A stretch of DNA of 64,000 nt from Psilocybe cubensis (taxonomy: Eukaryota). Positions 40,239-54,900 of the stretch are shown piece after piece. Within the stretch, counting starts at the first letter, position 1; every line of letters starts with the position of its first letter. The notes beneath the pieces were generated by a model. It was not told the origin of the DNA. It saw nothing but the letters and a program-made list of their open reading frames with translations, and did no database searches. The translations under genes and the position numbers were made by a program. The stretch covers positions 3,162,001 to 3,226,000 of the forward strand of contig CM038999.1 in the NCBI GenBank assembly GCA_017499595.2, read 5' to 3'.

Positions 40239-41445
40239 TAAGTGAGTGTCTAAGCTTATTTTTAGATTACCAACGGACGTGAATAGGCGGTGACGAGTAT
40301 GGCGCCATATCACGATATCATTGGGGTTTACAAGCGGCATAACGCGTATTATTATCCATATTCTTATATACGGTGAATTGATAGAAGCTACAAGTTCGCA
40401 AGAGATTTTTAGCGCTGGTCACTCGAACAAGTAGGTGACTACAAAACGTAACCCAAGTGCATGTCGTATACATAGTTTCCGAGACTAAAGCTTGATACTT
40501 GTCTATAGGTACTACTGGGTACCTGAGTGCACAAAGTGATATCTTTAAACATGTTGGTACCTCAGTCATTTTCCTGGGGACATTTATAATATCCTGCCCG
40601 GGTCACGATAATCGTATTTTGAGATTGGGCTAATATTGCTATCTACCATACCTTGTTTCTAAAGCACTCGATCCAAACCCTGAAATGATATCAAACCCAA
40701 ATTCCAAGTATCACACGTTCACAAATATCTCATACTCATATACGGATTGGAACCAGGCTGTTTGAGTCATAGCAGAGTAATAAGCAGGAATTTTCGGAAA
40801 TAACCCACCATTACTCGCTCCTGTTAAGTACTGCAGGTCATAGCCGAGGCACGGGCGCTAGTTTAAGATATTTACTGCTTGGCATTGCATTACCTGCTGT
40901 AAAACACCCAAATGGTTTTCCAGATTGTCTCATTAGATACCCATAATGGAGCTAACAATCTTGAGCTGATATACCACATACAGAATGATCGGTGAAAGTC
41001 AGAGAGAAAAAGATATATATCAGTTGATTACAACAGCTAGGGCAAGGTACTAATTAAAGCCTGCTTCACGAAAGAAAATTGAATTCAAAAACTCTAAAAT
41101 CTAATTGGTAGTCGATGGTGCGACCAGGCACTCCAGGTGAATACAATCCAGACTTGATCCCTAGGCGACTGAAGCTTTCGGTTTGACGGCACAAGGGGCT
41201 ATTGGTTGTTTTGGCCCAGCCATTTGGCCTGTAGCTCACGCTGTGCGGCGAAGTCGGCTATGTTACTATACGCCATTGAGAGTAGCTTCACCGCCGACGT
41301 GAGTATGCACTCGATGACTAGAACTTTGCCGAGCTTTTATAGCCCTTTGTACATGAAACACTAGAAGTTGATTCGAGAGGCGCCTGCAGAGTAATTTTCT
41401 GGCATTGATTGTTAAGAGATGCTAGTACCAGCACATGACCCAGGT

Positions 41446-42879
41446 TTATTGGACACGGCTTTCCCTTTCTTCTACAGAGATGTTGCTAGTCTGGTCATTG
41501 TTATGTGATGTACCTCTTGACAGTTCGGCAGAGCGTATGGCAAAGTGTCCATAGGCATCCATAGGTGAGCCAGGGTAAGAGCGGATTTCAGATAGCACAG
41601 TAAGACTGAGGAGTATGGTTGCTTGCGGAGTGATTGACTCCGTCGTCGTAGTTTGATCGTCTAAACTATTCTGAACCGGTGCTCCCATTGCAGCTACGGC
41701 CTTGTGACTCCTAGCAGAGTTAACACGAGGTCTTGCCGGGCGTTGTGCGGCTGCTTGCCACTTTCGTATAGTCTTGTATATGAGCATGGTCACCACGAGA
41801 ATGTTAGCGGCCAGCAATGATAGACACGCCTGACGTTATCAGCACAGTGATTAGTCAACGAAAGAGGAGAGTTTACCTGGATGTGTCCCATTGCGGTGAA
41901 AAGTAGCCTGGAGTCTGACCGTCGACGAAATGTTGTAGCGTAGTATAGGATAGCATACAATATAGATGCCAGTAGAGTCAGAATGCTGCTTGAAAATAGG
42001 GATAAGATAAGCAGCCGCTCGGTCGGCGGGAACTTGATGCGCCAGAGAAGAGTCAGTGGCCCTGCAATGAGAAACAGATCTGAAATAAATTCTACTGTAA
42101 AAAGTAGATCAAGTCATTCAACGACTGAAAGTGAAGTTAAATTTTGTAACGTACATGCAAACAATGTTGCAATCAGTCTTCCGAAAGATACAGTCGTCGT
42201 AGTGGTAAAGCAAGTTTCGATTTTGAGCTTCCACCAAGGCGAGCCGCGACAACCGAGCGTTGTTACCAATATGCTGGCAATGTAAAGAAGCGAGGTTGCC
42301 CCCGAAAGAACCAGTGCCAACTTTCTACATGGATTTCCTGGCATAAAAAGCCTGGCTAGTGTCAGAGACAACGATAACCGAGAGCCCCTAAAACATAAAA
42401 AAGATTGGTCAGGTATTTACGTGTTTCTACGTCAAGAAAATATAATACCAAAGCATTGAATAGCCAACAAAAAAATAGAGCCACCAGGAGAACAGGAAGG
42501 TGTTGCTATCTTCGTCGACAGTGTCCCAAGTGATAGTGTCTTTGGAAAAAATTAATATATGACCAACGATGGAGCGTTTATTGATGTTTAATGAGCCAAC
42601 TCACTGTGGTTTTTGAACTGCAACCAAAACAGTAGAATGCCTATAAAATTACAGACAATGGGGGGAATAACGGCATAGTCGTCCCACCACATAAGCTTTT
42701 TTCGCCAGCGTTGCGATACACGAATACACCCGGAAGAAATAGCTAGGGCATGAATAAACGTAAGGGATACTGAAGCAGAAGGATGTCAGCCAGGTGTAAT
42801 GACAGACGCAGTAGAATGAATTTGTTGCAGCATAGAACATACTTTTCCAGGCCAAAGTGTTTTGAGATTCAGACAGCAT
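41446..42879 (-). CDS. PTH11-like / fungal rhodopsin-domain membrane protein, paralogue A
   Basis: MLSESQNTLAWK|...RVSQRWRKKLMWWDDY...LSLTLARLF...DLFLIAGPLTLLWRIKFPPTERLLILSLFSSS...LAANILVV, then a Ser/Thr-rich tail. Confidence 0.7.
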
Positions 42880-45630
42880 ATTCTGTGGGCAAGGGTTCAA
42901 GGCAGAGTAGATAGACGCGGGAGTAAAAGTCGATATTTAAACTGAATGGCCGAGGAAATAACCAGAGGCAACCCTGAAGCCTGGTCCCTGTAACGACCAA
43001 ATACTTTTCAGAACCATATATATCTGAGAGAAGATCCCTTAGCCAAGGGCCTAACGATTGCCTACTTTATCTGACCTACCTGCGCTGTGCCGCATCGTGT
43101 ATCAAGGCCGGGTCAAAATGGGTATCTATGTGCGCAGTTTATCGCGTCAACCTCCCACTGAACTTGGACCTGCAGTCAGAAGCTGTCAGTCCTTATCCCA
43201 ATCAGCATCGAGCAAAAAACATACTCCTTCGCATATGGCATCAATCCGCAAAAACCGGCGTACAAAAAATTGAATGGGTGTATCTTGGGTGTATCGTGTG
43301 GACGTGGAAGAATTCTACAAGAATACCGGCGGTCTAGACCTAATCAGACAGTTTGAAGTCCGCTGGCAACGTCCGGCATGCCAGGGGTGGCGCCCGGCAG
43401 TCTCGACAGACTTTGTCGCAGACTCCAAAGTGGAGGATGCAAATACTCAAAGAATTGTATATGACAGAAGAACTGATAGCCAATTCCCGGCTAGGTTCAA
43501 GGTTTTGAAAATACTTAGCGTGATGTTGGGTTTTACACAATATGAGGCTTAGATGACTCACTATGTATAAGTTGTTCAGAACATCCACGAAATTGTTCTT
43601 GTAGCATTACTTCTCGCTCGATAAGAAAACATCCTATGACAAATACCACAAGAGAAATCAATCAAACACGGAACAAAGGCCGGAATAAGTGGATAGACGC
43701 CACAGAAAAAATGTTGAAACCCAATCATACACCATCCTGGCGATGTCCAGCAACTTCTGAATCGAAACGGATAACAGCGGAGTCCCAGAGAGCGAATGAT
43801 GATGAGAAAAACACTGTACGTCCATGATTGGCTAACTCCATGGCACGAAACCAAGGGGTGGAACCAATAATCAGACGCTAAAACGAGAAGACAAGCTGCC
43901 ATATTCCCAACATGGCGAAATTACTCAATGGCCCAGGATAGGCGTGTAGGATGAAGACATACTAGTAGAGCAGGGGGATGTCGCCGGCCGGTACGTGAAT
44001 GACAGGATTGAACCGGTGGCGCGCTTTGCTGCCAGGAACTCGTCGAGTGTTAAACGCACATGCTTCAAGCAAAGCAACCTCCGAAGTAGCCAGATATAAG
44101 TGTCGCAAAGGAAGTCAGACAGGAATTATAAAAGTGGATTGCTGTGGGAGGATATTTAGAGACTAGAGTTACATATGGCTATGGTATCGATATGTGTACG
44201 GATGAAAAGATATGACGATGATGACGATTGACTATGGAGAGAGGGACGACGGACGAGGGCCGAACTTGTTTGTTTCAAGTAACATACAGCAGCAGCACCA
44301 ATAAGCACGGCTGCCGTCCTGTTACGTATTATTTAACCAAAAAAGAGAGAGTTTGATAGCATTTTGGACACAGCGAGCAGTGAGCGAGTGAAAAGAGAGC
44401 CAAGGGACAGAGATCAGGGACGTTTGGGCTGGGTTTTCCGGAGGCCGGACCAACTGAGTCCACCGCCGCGGTGGAAGCTAGTGTATCCGGGTAGATAACA
44501 AGCAGCTGGCGGTATGCGAGAGGGAGAGACAGGGTTGCAGGAACGTTTGTTTGCGTTCCAATCTTGTTCGGGTCGTCGTCGTCGGTCGCAGTGGTCGCGC
44601 AAGATCGAGGGATGTAGGTGATCGTAGGACGCAAGGCACAGAAGAAAGAATAGAAAGAGATCCAAGAAAAAAAGAGCGGACGGCGGAAAACAAGCCCACC
44701 AAAAAGATAACCATTGAAAACTTGAAGTTGAATTGAAGCTTGAAGGAAAGAGGAAGGAGCAAAGCAAGAGTCATAATGATAACACAAACGTGTAAAATAA
44801 ACTTTGTTTTCTCGAAGAAAAGTTAAAGGAAGTAAATAAAAAATCGAGCGAAACAAAATGAAACTACAAGCATATTTTACGATAATAGTAAGCCCCAAAA
44901 AACACAAACCTAACCTACAAGTGAGTAAGTAAGTAAAGTAAGTCGGAAGGGAAAGGGAGATTGGGAGGGTAGAGGAGGATGAAATAATATCCCGAGGTTG
45001 TTGGACAGCCGTACTTTTATTTCTCCATTATTATCAACGTCCACAGGAGGGCGGAGGCGCCAACTTGAGAGGGAAGATGAAAGAGGGCGCAGGCGAGATG
45101 CTTTTTTGGGAGGGGAGGTTGCAGCGGATTATTGACTCGATTCGATTTGATATATCGCAGGATGTGTTTCGTAGCAAAGAGCGACTGCGGGTGAGAACGG
45201 CGAGAGAACAGGCAGGGAAACAGGCAAGCAGGCAGAGATATATGAAAAAGAAGGAAAGAAGGCATAGAGATACGCGGCCAGAGATTATGAAACAACGGTA
45301 AGGGTCTGTCGAGTCGGGAGGAGTGAGGTGGTGTGGCGTGGCGAATCAATAGGCGACAGCGATACGTGTGTAAAAAAGGGGTATCCGATAATTAAAAATC
45401 TTGTTTACACACAATAATCGCAATTAGAAAGAAAAAGAGAAGGTAAAGAGAAGGTCGAAGGTTTAAAAGGGAAAAGATTAGAACACGAAACAAACACGAG
45501 TGACATAATTCTGGGGTATGGTTAAGTAAAGGGAGATGAAGAAGGAAGAAGCAGAAAAAACCACAGGAACAGGAAATTGAAGGAAATACGAAGCAAAATT
45601 TCCCCCCTTTCCGTCCGGGCACTAGTGACT

Positions 45631-48057
45631 TTAGAGCGTGGCACCATTAGTCTGGATGCCGTCCACATGCATATCCACATGTTCGTCATCTCCGTTCAAA
45701 AACGCGGCGTCCGCGTCGTCGTTTCCATCACCCAGGGCGCCAACGCCAAGGCCGACACCCATAGCATCTCCACCGTTTGCGCCGTTGCCGCTCGCCATGC
45801 GCTTCGCTCCAGACCCTCCTTGCGGTCCAGAACGAGGTGGGTTCGCGCACCTATCCTTCCCATGCGCGATGCGCAGGTTAGCGTACTCCGGCTTGTTCTT
45901 AATTGCATCAATCGCCTTGATGGCGTTCGAAATGTTCGTAAAGTTGACGAACGCGCAATTCCTACGTTTAAAAAAACACATATACCATCAATTTCTTAAA
46001 ATAGAAATGTGAAAGAAACCAGAAACACGTACTTCTCCTTCAAAAAGTTGACCAGCTCAATATCCCCATACTCTCCAAAGTCACGCTTGAGCTTGTCTTC
46101 AGTGAATGCCTCGTAGTCCTCGACATTGCCAATGTACACATTCCTCGTGGCGCCAGAATGCACAGCGAGGGCGAGTGTCGGTGGGAGCGGTCCTGAGTTC
46201 TTGCCCCAACCGATCTTCAGGCGGCGGTTGTTCAGGGTCAGGCCCTGATACGACGCCACCTGGAAGAATGTGAATGCAGCTGCAGGGTCGACGAAGGTCA
46301 CGAACTAGAAGTACCAAAGGAAAGGGTCAAAATTAACTTGTTTGTTCGGGTCCCATATGGAACCTATACCGCAACAAGTGTTGCGGTAAACAGAAGAGAA
46401 AAAAAAGACGTACAGCAATGTGTTTATCCTGCATATACCTAATGCTCTGCAATACACCTCCGCGAATAGCATTGCACAAATCCTCCGTGGTTGTCTCGGG
46501 GTGAATGTTTCCAAGGTACACCGTCCTGTTCATTGCCTGTACACCCATGCCATTCGCCATGTTGCCCGCGCCCATTATGTCGACTGGCGTGAATGGCGCG
46601 CCAGTGTAGTTATTGAACGGAGCAAAGTTCGCCTGCTGGGGAGACATCGCTTGTTGTGCGACGAGCGACTGAGCCGCGGCGGCCTGTGCCTGTTGGGCAG
46701 CGGCCTGCTGCGATTTGGGGATGTATGCACATCGATCTTTGCCGTAGTTGACACGTTTGCCTGCCCAAGCGGGTTCTGTAGGCAGGGTGTTTACAACCTG
46801 TGCAAAAAATATTTACATTGTGTTAACAGAATAGAAAATAAAAATACTCACTTTGGTCGCAATGGAAATGCTCAAGAAGTGAACAAATCCAATGTTCTTA
46901 TCTCTGACAATCTTCACTTGGTCAATAAGACCAAATCGGCTCAGCTCATCGCGGAGCTGTTCCTCCGTCATGCCCTCGTCCAAACCGCCAACGTAGACGT
47001 TTCGGCTGGCGTTGCTCTGGCTGATGGCCAGGGCAACCTGAGCTGGTACTGGGGATGGCTTTCCCCAACCAATCTTCAATTCTTGGCCATGGAGCGACAG
47101 TTTTTTAATGGTCGCATCAGCATGGAACGCCGCAGCGGTGGCGCCGTCCAAGAAGGAGAGGAAGACGCACGACTTCTCCGGCAAGACGCGAATTGATTCG
47201 AGAGGGCCGAAATGGACAAGGTTTAACAGTTCGTCAACAGAGGCGGTCGCGGGGAGGTTGCCGACGTATACCGTACGACCAGTAGCATTGGACGAGGCAT
47301 TTAGTGCGGCAGTGAGCGCGACGGGAGAGTAGGCCCCGGCTTGAGCAGACGGAATGTTCAGGTTGAGCGAAGGCAACCTCTGCTGGGCAAAGTTCTGCGT
47401 TGGTGGCAACGTGCATAAGCTTGCCTTGTTGGCATGCGAGATAGGGGGTTCGGGTGCTCACCTGGGCGAAGTTACCCATTTGCCCGTTGTACGGGAAACT
47501 ACCGAGCATTCCCATGCCCGGCATACCCATACCCAGCATGTTGTAAGCATTGAAGGCGTTGTAGGTGCCATTAGGGCTGCCTTGCTGCTGTTGCTGTTGC
47601 TGCTGCTGTTGTTGCTGCTGTTGCTGCTGTTGTTGAACGGCAAATGCTGCTGCTGTGTTGGGGCTAAGCTGAGCATTCATCACATTCCCGTTAGTCTGAG
47701 TGTTGACCGCAAGAGAAGGGGTCGAGTATAGGGGACTGCCAGCAAACGAGGCCCCGTTGGCCTGGGAGCTATTGAACGCGGGTTGTGCGATGTTGGCGTT
47801 GGGCCCGTAGCCATAGTTGGCGAAAGCATCGCTGCGAGACGAGTTATTTTGAACAGCCGTGCCGTTGTTTTGAGCAGAAAAGGCGGAAGTGGGAGACCAA
47901 CGCGCTTTTTTAGCATCAGGGCCACCAGCGGTTTCCATAGAGCGCTGAAAAGGGGTTGTGAGCACGGAAAGGAGGAGAACACGGAGGCATATACCTTCAT
48001 CATATCGATTTCAAAGTAGGAAGGATATTGGACAAAGGCTGCTTGGGAGTCGTCCAT
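45631..48057 (-). CDS. four-RRM RNA-binding protein (S. pombe Nrd1 / S. cerevisiae Mrn1-like) with polyQ
   Basis: Four RNP2 motifs ([32 protein letters not shown]), two LKIGWGK motifs and a Q-run near 47582-47640. Confidence 0.88.
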
Positions 48058-49220
48058 TTGGTGGGGGGCAAGGGGTAGAACAGCGGGTAAAATGGAGGTG
48101 TATGTATGGCAACGGCGGGAATTATGGCAAAGAAAAGGGGAAAACGAGTTAGAGAAACGTAGATACTAACTTGTAGGGTAGAGAGCGTGTGGGCTGTTAA
48201 GCAGCAAAAGAGAGTGGTGGTTGGGGTAAAATAAAAAGACACGCACGCAAAAGAGAAGAAAAAGTTCAACAAGGAGAGAATTGAACGAAGACTCTGCGCA
48301 GAAAAGGGCGCTTAATGCGTGGATGAGGTGTCAACGACGGGAACAACGACGAAGACGCGGGGAACAACGACAAAAAACAAACGACCAAAGACGAACAACG
48401 ACAACAGCAGTCCAGCCCATTTTTCTCAAACACCTTGCCATTTCCATAAAACTATCCCACACACCCCTTGATGGCGCACGGACCCTACCTATTGTTTCCA
48501 TCAAACATTCTCGGATATCTCAATCAACTTTTCTCATTTCTTTCCAGTTGTTCACCTCTATACAACAGGTTGTCCTCACTAACGCTAATGGAAAAGGACC
48601 GGTAAACCTACAACACTGGCGTTGGATTTAGGGAGCGTTGACGGATAAACGGAGACAAGACGGAGTAATGCGAACACTGTCCGTGCCCGTTAATTGATTT
48701 CATCCAACATAAAACATATTCAGCGCCTACAAGCAATCTCTGAGCTCTGCCTGCTCCTGAATAGTATGCGACCGTCTCACACTGTCGCCGATAGGATTTA
48801 GCCTGGTCGCAAACTGCCGTCGCCCTCAAGTACATGTCGTCGGTATAAACTCCATATAGTCTTCCGGTGTGGGGATAATAATATCTTCTTCTTCAACTTT
48901 CTCCTTTCGTTGAAGTTTAGAACCAAGTTGGCGGAGATTGATGGCCCGTGACGGCCAAAAATAACCACCACAGAACGAGTTTTACACGGTGGCAGCATTG
49001 AAAACTTGCTTCCAGACACCCTGCTGTTCTTCTATGCCTGGTAGTCTAAGAGGTTGCCATTGAATACCGTTTATCCCCCTCATCGTCGTACCTTTGTAGC
49101 TTTTCCACAACATTTTTGCATCACGATCCAGAGTCCTTGGAATGAGGACCCTCTACTGCTAGAACCAGATCTATCCCACTTGAGGACTTATCTTCACCTT
49201 CGAGCGCCATTTCGCGTGTT

Positions 49221-50655
49221 ATGACTGTAAACCCCGCAGCATGGAAAGGTACGGTTCCGTTAATGACCTCCCCTCCTTCTATATTAACTCCCGAAATGAA
49301 GCTTGCATCACATTACTGCAAGTAGTATCAATAGGATCAACATTCGTGCGCCTAGGACACAGATGGGCCACGAAACGTATGTGGTGGGATGATTGGATTG
49401 CCATCATCCCTCTTCTTGGAAATATTCTGGATGTCGTTATTATGTGGTTGGATCTTGGCGGTGGGGGTGTGTTTCAATACTTGCTGCCTTTCCCGTTGGC
49501 TTGCTCATAACGAGGTACCAATGCTCCATCCGTTTCACAGTGGAGTCCAATTCTATGAACGTCTTATTCTCGCCTTGGTTTGGCACCTTTCTTTTTTACA
49601 TTATCGTATGGTACGTTCTTTTCTCTTGTGATCCAAAAAAAAAATAGACCAGTCAAGCTGCCTATTGCAGGGTTTCGAGAATCAGCCTTGCGCTCTCAAT
49701 AGCGCGAATCTTTCCCCCTCGGCACGCCTGTCGTCGTTTTGCATTCGCAATCACCACACTCTTTATCATTATTTTTATTGCGAATGTCTTAATGTCGACA
49801 TTTGATTGCTACAAACCGTCCAGTGCATGGTATAATATGGTTTTTAAAAATTGTGTAAATAATAAAGGTGCTTTGGTCGGCCTTTATGCCACCATGGTCT
49901 GTAAGTATCTTCGTGAGCTTTAAAGTTGGTTATTTCATTCAACTGACCCTGCTATTCAAAGTGGACCTTCTTTCAGATTTTTTGCTGGTCATTTCTCCGC
50001 TAACCATGCTGTGGAAAATCAAACTTCCACGGACGCAGCGCCGGCTAGTACTCGCCCTCTTCTCTAGCAGTCTGGTGCCCCTCCTTGCATCTGTTGTTTA
50101 CTGCGTGATTTGGGGTCTCAGCTCCCGAATCGGGCCAGACTTTTTATTGATCTTGAGAATAATGAGTCAATTGCAGGTGAGCGTTTTCAATTCGCGAATA
50201 AAGCTATCATCATCTCATATTCCTAGGCCGGTATTTCGTTACTTGTCTGCAACTTACTTGTTGTTACCATGCTGTTCTATCGCATTGTGCGAAGAGAGAT
50301 AGTTCCTGACCCCGCTGCCGAGCGCCCGCCTCAACCACAGGCAGCACCATCAACAGAGAAACAGATTTCAGAATCGACCAGAAATACCTCTACTCTACAA
50401 ACCCAGTTAAGGGTAGAGGAGGTTAACTTGGAAGCCCAGTCGACAATTATAACCCAACAGTCATCTTTGAGTCCGTCCTTGGTGTTAACCTCCATATACG
50501 ACGAATCTACCCAACAATCCTCTTTCCCCAACTCCTCTGTTCACGAATCGACATTCTCCCGCTACGATGAAGAAAATAATATCAATGCTTCTCAGTTCTC
50601 CTGGTCTTTCTCGGAAAAAAGTAAAGCCAGCCACTCACCATCTCTACCACCATGA
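49221..50655 (+). CDS. PTH11-like membrane protein, paralogue B
   Basis: MTVNPAAWK|...RLGHRWATKRMWWDDW...SRISLALSIARIFP...DFLLVISPLTMLWKIKLPRTQRRL. Confidence 0.72.
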
Positions 50656-51021
50656 CCTTGTTTCCATTCTGTATTTGCACTTTCCTCCCTGTAGTAACTT
50701 GGACTCTTCTGGACACATCTTTATGTAAGTAGTTATGGCCGCCGCGGACATAAACGATCGTTGTTGTACAAAGTTTCGAAGGATTGGCGTTCGGTAATTG
50801 CAAGAACTTCGTCTGATTGACTAGAAATCAGCCATAAAAGGCTACAAATTGGGTGAAAATACGGGTATTCATCGGTCTATAAATAAACTGACGCCTTAAA
50901 ATAGGTGAGCTCCTGGTCGTGAGATTCTTCACACCTTAGCCATTATGTCTTCTCTGCTCAATTCCTACTTATACCTCTAATTCATGGCCAAGTCAATTGA
51001 GAACCGCTTCCAACCAAAGCG

Positions 51022-52502
51022 ATGTCCCCGCCTCAACCCTCTCAACATACAGTAGCATGGGAAGGTGCGCTCGGATTAACCTGCTTATCCGTAATGCCAA
51101 TTCTAAATCAATAATTTTCTATCGCAGTATCCACTCTCCTTCTGCAGATAGTCTGTGCAGGGTCTACTACCGTACGCCTTGTGCATCGCTGGCGGACGAG
51201 GCGAATGTGGTGGGATGACTGGATTGTCTTCATCCCGCTCTCCGTAGATGTCTTTCTGGTCGTCATCGATTGGTTGGCAGCGACAGCTGTGGGTGAGAGT
51301 CATTGTGTCATGTGAAAAGAAACTCCATACAAACGGTCCAACTGCCTATTAGGAACATCTCAAAGCTTGCTCTTTTCCCCTTGGTTCGGTACGTTTATGT
51401 ACTTTACCGTTATATGGTGAGTGCCCCTGGGCACGCTGGGTTCCCATGCAACTTGAGCACTGAAAATCAACAGGATATCGCGAATTAGCCTTTCCTTGTC
51501 CATCGCCAGAATATTTCCACCAAGACACGCTTGCAGACGAATCGCGTTCGCTCTCACTGTGCTATTTATAGCACTCTACATACCAAACGTGCTCATGCCA
51601 ATATTCGAATGCGAGAACCAGCTGGTCAAGTGGTACCGCATGCCCCTCATTGACTGTGTCAAAAATCGACCAGCACCTTCTGCAGCAGTGTTCACATCAC
51701 TGGCGCGTAAGTGCATATCTAAATGACATGGACACGCATGCATTAACGGATCGCCGGACAAAGTGGACTTCGTCGCTGACATCTTGCTCATCGTCACACC
51801 GTTGACAATGCTCTGGAAAATCAAACTTCCGAAGCGCGAGCGGACCTTGATACTTACGCTTTTCTCGAGCAGTATATTGTCTTTGTTTGCATCTACAGCG
51901 TTCTGTATTGTTTGGGCCCTGAACGCTCGCTTCGGGGCGCAATCTCGCATGGTCATTCGAATGGTCGGACAAATAGAGGTATTTGCTAATGCGACAAAAA
52001 CTTCTCTATTCAGGTACTAAAGACGTAACACAACTTACAGGCTGCGATTGCTCTACTGGTATCCAACCTAGTCGTGGTCACAATGATGTTCTATTGCATT
52101 TTGACACGGGAGACCATTTCTGCAGAAGATAAAGAGGCGTCACCACGGACTGTATGTTCATTGCCTACTACATCACAGACAGAGGGTACTGGCGGGACCT
52201 CCCAAAAGGAAAGTTATACCAATGTAGCAACCGAAAAGGCCAAACCGAACGAGGCACCTGAAAGCGTAGAGTCACAGACAACATCGTCGTCGGAACAAGA
52301 TTCCACAACCGACATATCATTTACTACCATCTTTGAAGACTCCATACAGAACTCTTCAATGTTCTGCGACTCTTATAGCAAATCGTATGGCACGAGAAGT
52401 CAATTCTCCGGCATGTATGAAGAGGACGGTTACTCGTGCGGATCATCAGATTCCAGGTTTCCTGCATGGTCCTTCTCCACGAAAAGTGCAAAATCATCAT
52501 AA
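51022..52502 (+). CDS. PTH11-like membrane protein, paralogue C
   Basis: MSPPQPSQHTVAWE|...RLVHRWRTRRMWWDDW...SRISLSLSIARIFPPRHACRR...DILLIVTPLTMLWKIKLPKRERTL; same exon pattern as paralogue B. Confidence 0.72.
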
Positions 52503-53624
52503 CATCATGGACCTGTTATGTGTCTTTATCTCTGATACTGTAACAATAGTAATTGACTCGCAGTTTACTCTGATGGTTGTATTTTTATGAACACCGTATA
52601 ACTGTATTGGGATATGTACAACTGCCTAAATCTGACAAAAGAAATTGGTAAGAATCTGGAGAGGTAGTATGGGCGGTAGACGGCTTTAATCCTTCATCGT
52701 TACGTCGGTCAAGACTGTGTCAGTTTCCTTCTGATCATCAGAGGTGTCTAAAAATGCGTTGTACACAGGAGGAATCACCGCCCAAGGTGCTTTGACGGGA
52801 TCGACGACGGAGGGCGGGCAACCTTTTGCGATCTGGGACTGCGCGTAACACTCGACTCGAAGTTCCTAGCAGGTTGACATTAGCAACTGCTGGTACATCA
52901 GCAATGACAGGGGAGCACCTCAAAGCTAGAATGGTTAAGCGCCGGTGTGGCTGTAATACTTTGCAGGACCTGCCCGCCACCCGACTTATATCCTTGTGTA
53001 TTCCGATATTGTGCTACTCGCTTATTACCTGCAACGACGCGTCCAGACCTTGGAGTGTACTGAGGTTCGCGGAGCTGCTTTCGCGAAGTGTCATTTCGAG
53101 CAAGGATGTTTGGATCGTCCAAGAATTTGGCGCGATCGGATTTAACGTCTTCCCACGGGATTTCGAAAGAGATGTTCTCCGACACATAGAATGAGGTCAT
53201 CGCGGCAAACGGAGAACAGCTTCCAAGTTATTCTGGGCGTCAAGTGGGCGTTTACAGTTATTGGACTCGGGGTCAGAGGTGGGAGTTGAAAGCAAGTTGT
53301 GCCCTGCGCATCCTACTGACTCACGCTATAAATACCGTTGATGAGAGGCACATCAGTTTGCATCGTTTTGACGACTCTGGGCCCAAGCTTTCGCCTCGTG
53401 CCACAGGCCTACAATGCTACACCCGCGATCACGTGAAGACAAACGAAAAACGAGGAAACGAAGGACGATCGCGCTCAAAGGCAGAGGTGGAAATAGACAC
53501 AGTTTATCTGATGATAAACCATCGAATTTCCCAAAGAAGTCATACTCTTCGTTGTAGGGATAACAAAGGGTATATTGAGATCCATCAATACATACACGTC
53601 GAAAGCGGTTTTGCCGTCTACTTA

Positions 53625-54900
53625 TCACAGCGATTGGGGTTTTGTAGCAACCCAAAATTCAGCTTTGTATATCCAGCGCATCATGGCATTTTTGTCGCCA
53701 GTGTATTCGCATTCGATTGTTTTACGCGAACCAGCACCAGTTTTGCCAGCATTGAGTATGAATCCGATTTCTTCAACAGCGAGCAGTACCTCTTCAAGAC
53801 TGAGTTCAAGCTTGGCCTGTCCACCCCCTGTCCATAGCAGAGGCCCAAGGTTAACCCATGTTCCTCCTGGTTTCAATAGATTGTAGATGTGGTTTAAAGT
53901 AGCGAGGACGTCAAGAGAGGTGTCAATGAAAAAGAGCGTTATGATAAAGTCATAGCCTTTCAGATGAGAGGTGTGTGAGAGAGGTGCTTTCAGCTCCAAG
54001 AAATCGCCTTCGGCAAGATGAAAGTTCGAACTGAACCGAGGAAGAACGTCAGGAAAGGAAATTTGTCTGAACAACGATTCGTTGGTTAGTTGATGAGAGA
54101 ACCAATGGGCATAAGGGGCCAAATTGTGCTGGTTGACCGATTTTGTCGTCTTTTCAGAACAAAGAAATCTTAGAGCCAGGATCATAAAGTAGGATAACTC
54201 GTTCGCGGTGGTGTCGAAACCTAAACACGACCGTCGCTTAGAAAGAAGAGATAAAGCAATGGAGTGACTCACCAAGTTCAGATATTTCCCATGCCAATCT
54301 CCCAAGCCCACAACCAGGAACGAGTACTTTCAAGTCCTGTCTTGAGTTTGCAGGAACTTTTTGAAGGAGTTTAAGGATTGGTGCAAATATACGCGCCCGC
54401 TCGGGTTTGCCTTCACTACTCCAGTCCCGAACATAGTGCTTCAGCGATTCGCGGACCCTTCCAAGGTCCGCAGAATTTGGGTCGATAGGTGCATCGACAT
54501 TCGTCTTGAGAGACGGGAATTCGTCAAGGGCGAGTGATGTGATACCAGCGGTGATCGTGGCATTATTGGCAATTTCTTCTTGAAGTCGATCCAGTTTTTT
54601 CGGATAGCCGATCTTGAAACCAATCTTTTCATTAGCCCTTCCAAGTTTCCTGTAAGATGCGCGCATCTTGGAAAGTTCGCGTGCAGAAAGTTGAGCATAT
54701 TGGTCAAAGGAAAAGTAGGCTCGGGGCAGGGAGAAGTATCCATAGACAGGTCGTTTACGATACCCGACGGAGAGCAAGTCGCGCAAATTTGAGACGTTGA
54801 AGGAGAAATGCTTATATCCGATAACAAGAATGATTAGTGGGATAAAAGACGCTAGGAGTGTGTCGGAGGCCAAGATATACCGTATGTCAGAAAAAGACAT
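53625..54900 (-). CDS. N2227-like / carnosine N-methyltransferase (CARNMT1 family), 2 exons
   Basis: LKHYVRDWSSEG, VLVPGCGLGRLAWE (SAM-binding motif I), NELSYFM, TLFFIDT, LKPGGTWVNLGPLLW. Confidence 0.88.

Noticed and set aside
43274-43552. 92-aa ORF
   Set aside because: No motif or supporting gene structure.
52738-53200. 100-aa minus-strand ORF downstream of the methyltransferase
   Set aside because: Could be a small gene, but there is no recognisable domain or clear splice model.
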